Positions 30,476-32,511 of a stretch of 32,511 bases of DNA are shown piece by piece (positions within the stretch are counted from its first letter, which is position 1; every line of letters starts with the position of its first letter). Both the position numbers and the translations under genes were made by a program. A model generated the notes under the pieces. It was not told where the DNA came from. It saw nothing but the letters and a program-made list of their open reading frames with translations, and ran no database searches. Source of the DNA: an uncultured Gammaproteobacteria bacterium (lineage in GTDB: Bacteria > Patescibacteriota > Microgenomatia > Levybacterales > UBA12049); the NCBI GenBank assembly GCA_964485315.1, contig CAZAIV010000113.1:1-32511 (forward strand), in the 5' to 3' direction.

Positions 30476-32366
30476 ACTCTACAACTTCGCCTTCAACAGG
30501 TTCATCCTTTTTAGTCTCTTCAGTCTTTCCTTCTTTTTCTTCTTTCTCGATTTCAGGTTCTGGTTGGCTGGACGGATTTTGTGACATAGCCGGACCGATT
30601 TTTTGTAAACTGTCAGATAATGCAGAAGTTTTACTTTCCAAATCTTCTTTACTCCCTGTATCTAAGATCTTTTTCAAATCAGAAATTTTTTCTTCTACTT
30701 CCTTCTTCAAATCGGCTCCTGCTTTATCTCCTGCGTCTTTCAATGATTTTTCCGCAGTAAAGATAAGTGAATCCGCTTGATTTCGCGCTTCTACTTTCTC
30801 TTTTTTCTCTTCATCTTCTTTCGCATGCGCTTCCGCATCCTTCGTCATTTTCTCCACTTCATCTTTCGACAATCCCGTTGAACCGGTAATTTTGATCTCT
30901 TGTACTTTTCCGCTTGCCTTATCCTGCGCTTTGACATGCAAAATACCGCTCGCGTCAATATCAAACGTTACTTCCACTTGCGGGACACCGCGGGGCGCCG
31001 GCGGAATACCGTCGAGAATAAACCGACCCAGCGATTTATTATCCGCTGCCATCGGCCGCTCTCCCTGCAGAACGTTTATCTCCACTTGTGTCTGATTGTC
31101 CGCTGCCGTCGAAAAGATTTGCGATTTCGTTGTCGGGACAGTCGTGTTACGCTGAATAAGCGGTGTCGAGACGCTCCCCATTGTTTCGAGCCCCAAGGTT
31201 AATGGCGTGACATCCAAAAGCAATACATCTTTCACGTCTCCTGCTAACACACCGGCTTGAATGGCGGCTCCGACTGCCACAACTTCATCAGGATTGACCG
31301 ACTTATTCGGTTCTTTCCCGAAAAATTTGGAGACCACTTCAATCACTTTCGGCATTCTCGTCATGCCGCCGACCAAAACGACTTCATGCACGTCTGCCGC
31401 CTTGATACCGGCATCTTTCAATGCCAATTCAACCGGCTTAAGTGTCTTCTGAATGAGATCATCAACGAGTTGTTCCAGTTTCGCCCGAGTCAACGTCATG
31501 GTCAAATGCAAAGGACCACTTGCGCCTTGTGTAATAAACGGCTGATTAATCTGCGCTTCCTGTGAGGAGGATAATTCTATTTTTGCTTTTTCTGCTGACT
31601 CACGAAGTCGTTGTAATGCCTGCGGATCTTTTCGTAAATCAACATTATTTTCCTTCTTAAATTCATCCGCCAAATAGTCGACAATTTTTTGATCGAAATC
31701 ATCCCCGCCCAAATGCGTGTCTCCGTTGGTTGACTTTACTTCCGTCACTCCTTCACCAAGTTCAAGAATGGAAATATCAAACGTTCCGCCTCCCAAATCA
31801 TACACCGCGATCGTGTGCGCCTGCTTTTTGTCAAGTCCATACGCCAATGCCGCTGCTGTGGGTTCATTGATAATACGCATGACTTCCAATCCAGCGATTT
31901 CTCCCGCTTGTTTGGTTGCCTGTCGTTGCGAGTCATCGAAATACGCGGGGACAGTGATAACCGCCTGTGTCACTTTATCGCCCAGATAAGATTCTGCATC
32001 TGCTTTAATTTTCTGCAAAATCATCGCGGAAACTTCCTGCGGTGTATATGTCTTTCCGTCAACCTCAATGACGGCCATATCATCACGGCCTGACTTCACA
32101 GTATAGGGTAGCCATTTCATGTCAAATTGCACTGATTTGTCATGGAATTTCTTCCCCATTAAACGCTTAATGGAATAAATCGTTTCTTTTGGTTTGAGAA
32201 CCAACTGCCGTTTTGCCACATCACCCACTACGTGAGTTTTCGGGTCAACCACTGAAGGAATTGTGTTGCGTCCTTCGGCAGAATGAATCACTTTCGGTGA
32301 CCCACCCTCCATGACAGCCACACATGAATTTGTTGTCCCTAAATCAATACCAATTATTTTTGCCAT
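30474..32366 (-). CDS. dnaK: Molecular chaperone DnaK (Hsp70)
   Basis: 630-aa ORF with [36 protein letters not shown] and a substrate-binding domain. The C-terminal tail is Glu/Lys-rich. Confidence 0.97.
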
Positions 32367-32390
32367 ATAAATAGTGTAAAGTTCAAAATG

Positions 32391-32459
32391 AAAAATTAAA
32401 AGTTAAGGATATAAATAATTAAAGATTCCTTCATTTTTAACTTTTCACTTTTAATTTTT
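32391..32459. repeat. 12-nt perfect AT-only inverted repeat upstream of dnaK
   Basis: 32391-32402 AAAAATTAAAAG and 32448-32459 CTTTTAATTTTT, with a 45-nt spacer. It lies between the stop of the partial upstream ORF and the dnaK ATG. It does not match the CIRCE consensus. Confidence 0.4.
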
Positions 32460-32467
32460 AACTTGTT

Positions 32468-32511
32468 TCATTCTCCCCAATCTTCTTCTACGCTAGGAGC
32501 TTGTTCGAGCG
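32468..32511 (-). CDS. 3' end of an unidentified upstream gene (partial, runs off the window)
   Basis: The minus-strand frame reads ...LEQAPSVEEDWGE followed by TGA (32468-32470). GC content jumps from spacer-like to coding-like. It is too short to identify; grpE would fit the synteny but is not demonstrable. Confidence 0.35.
   Translation of the reverse strand, partial: LEQAPSVEEDWGE

Noticed and set aside
32367-32467. A CIRCE/HrcA operator upstream of dnaK.
   Set aside because: The TTAGCACTC-N9-GAGTGCTAA consensus is absent. The inverted repeat present is AT-only (AAAAATTAAAAG / CTTTTAATTTTT) with a 45-nt spacer. It is more consistent with the terminator of the upstream gene.

Overview
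This 32.5-kb window looks like a streamlined bacterial genome, probably of the CPR/Patescibacteria type. That placement is an inference from several observations: very short intergenic spacers, a 487-aa IF-2, many proteins with Q/P-rich disordered tails, AT-rich palindromic spacers, and a TrbC/VirB2-like pilin gene of the kind common in those lineages. TGA is used as a stop codon. No rRNA, tRNA, CRISPR array, transposase or integrase is visible.

Confidently recognised core genes, all on the minus strand:
- rpsO-pnp
- nusA-infB followed by a degenerate DHH-family gene
- dnaK-dnaJ

Plus-strand islets:
- A DinB-family protein.
- A purine phosphoribosyltransferase.
- Two copies of a two-gene membrane cassette (a bPH-like membrane protein plus a small 2-TM protein) flanking an AbrB-PhoU regulator.
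- A putative nucleotidyltransferase-fold protein.

The most unusual region is an eight-gene, tightly packed minus-strand cluster (28875 down to 15183). It encodes, in order:
- a TM-anchored small alpha/beta protein, which has a divergent paralog at 29062-29448
- a Cys-rich TrbC/VirB2-like pilin
- a 1,575-aa polytopic membrane protein with a two-module, highly repetitive ~1,100-aa tail
- a ClpA-architecture Hsp100 with no M-domain, no ClpP-docking loop and long P/Q tails
- a 107-aa unknown protein
- a membrane-anchored thermolysin (M4) protease
- a small membrane protein
- a membrane-anchored Hsp100 whose first ATPase ring is degenerate

I flag this cluster as the candidate undescribed system. 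Other notable points:
- Proteostasis modules that are split or degenerate: a Lon AAA+ module without a protease domain, an FtsH-M41-like peptidase without an AAA+ module, and a J-domain with HRD in place of HPD.
- A 660-nt unassigned gap carrying an RNase P-like string of conserved motifs.
- Several promoters whose -10 box sits only 6-14 nt from the start codon.
- Recurrent TTAGAA-type motifs in the spacers.

All calls come from reading the sequence and from remembered family motifs. No searches were run.
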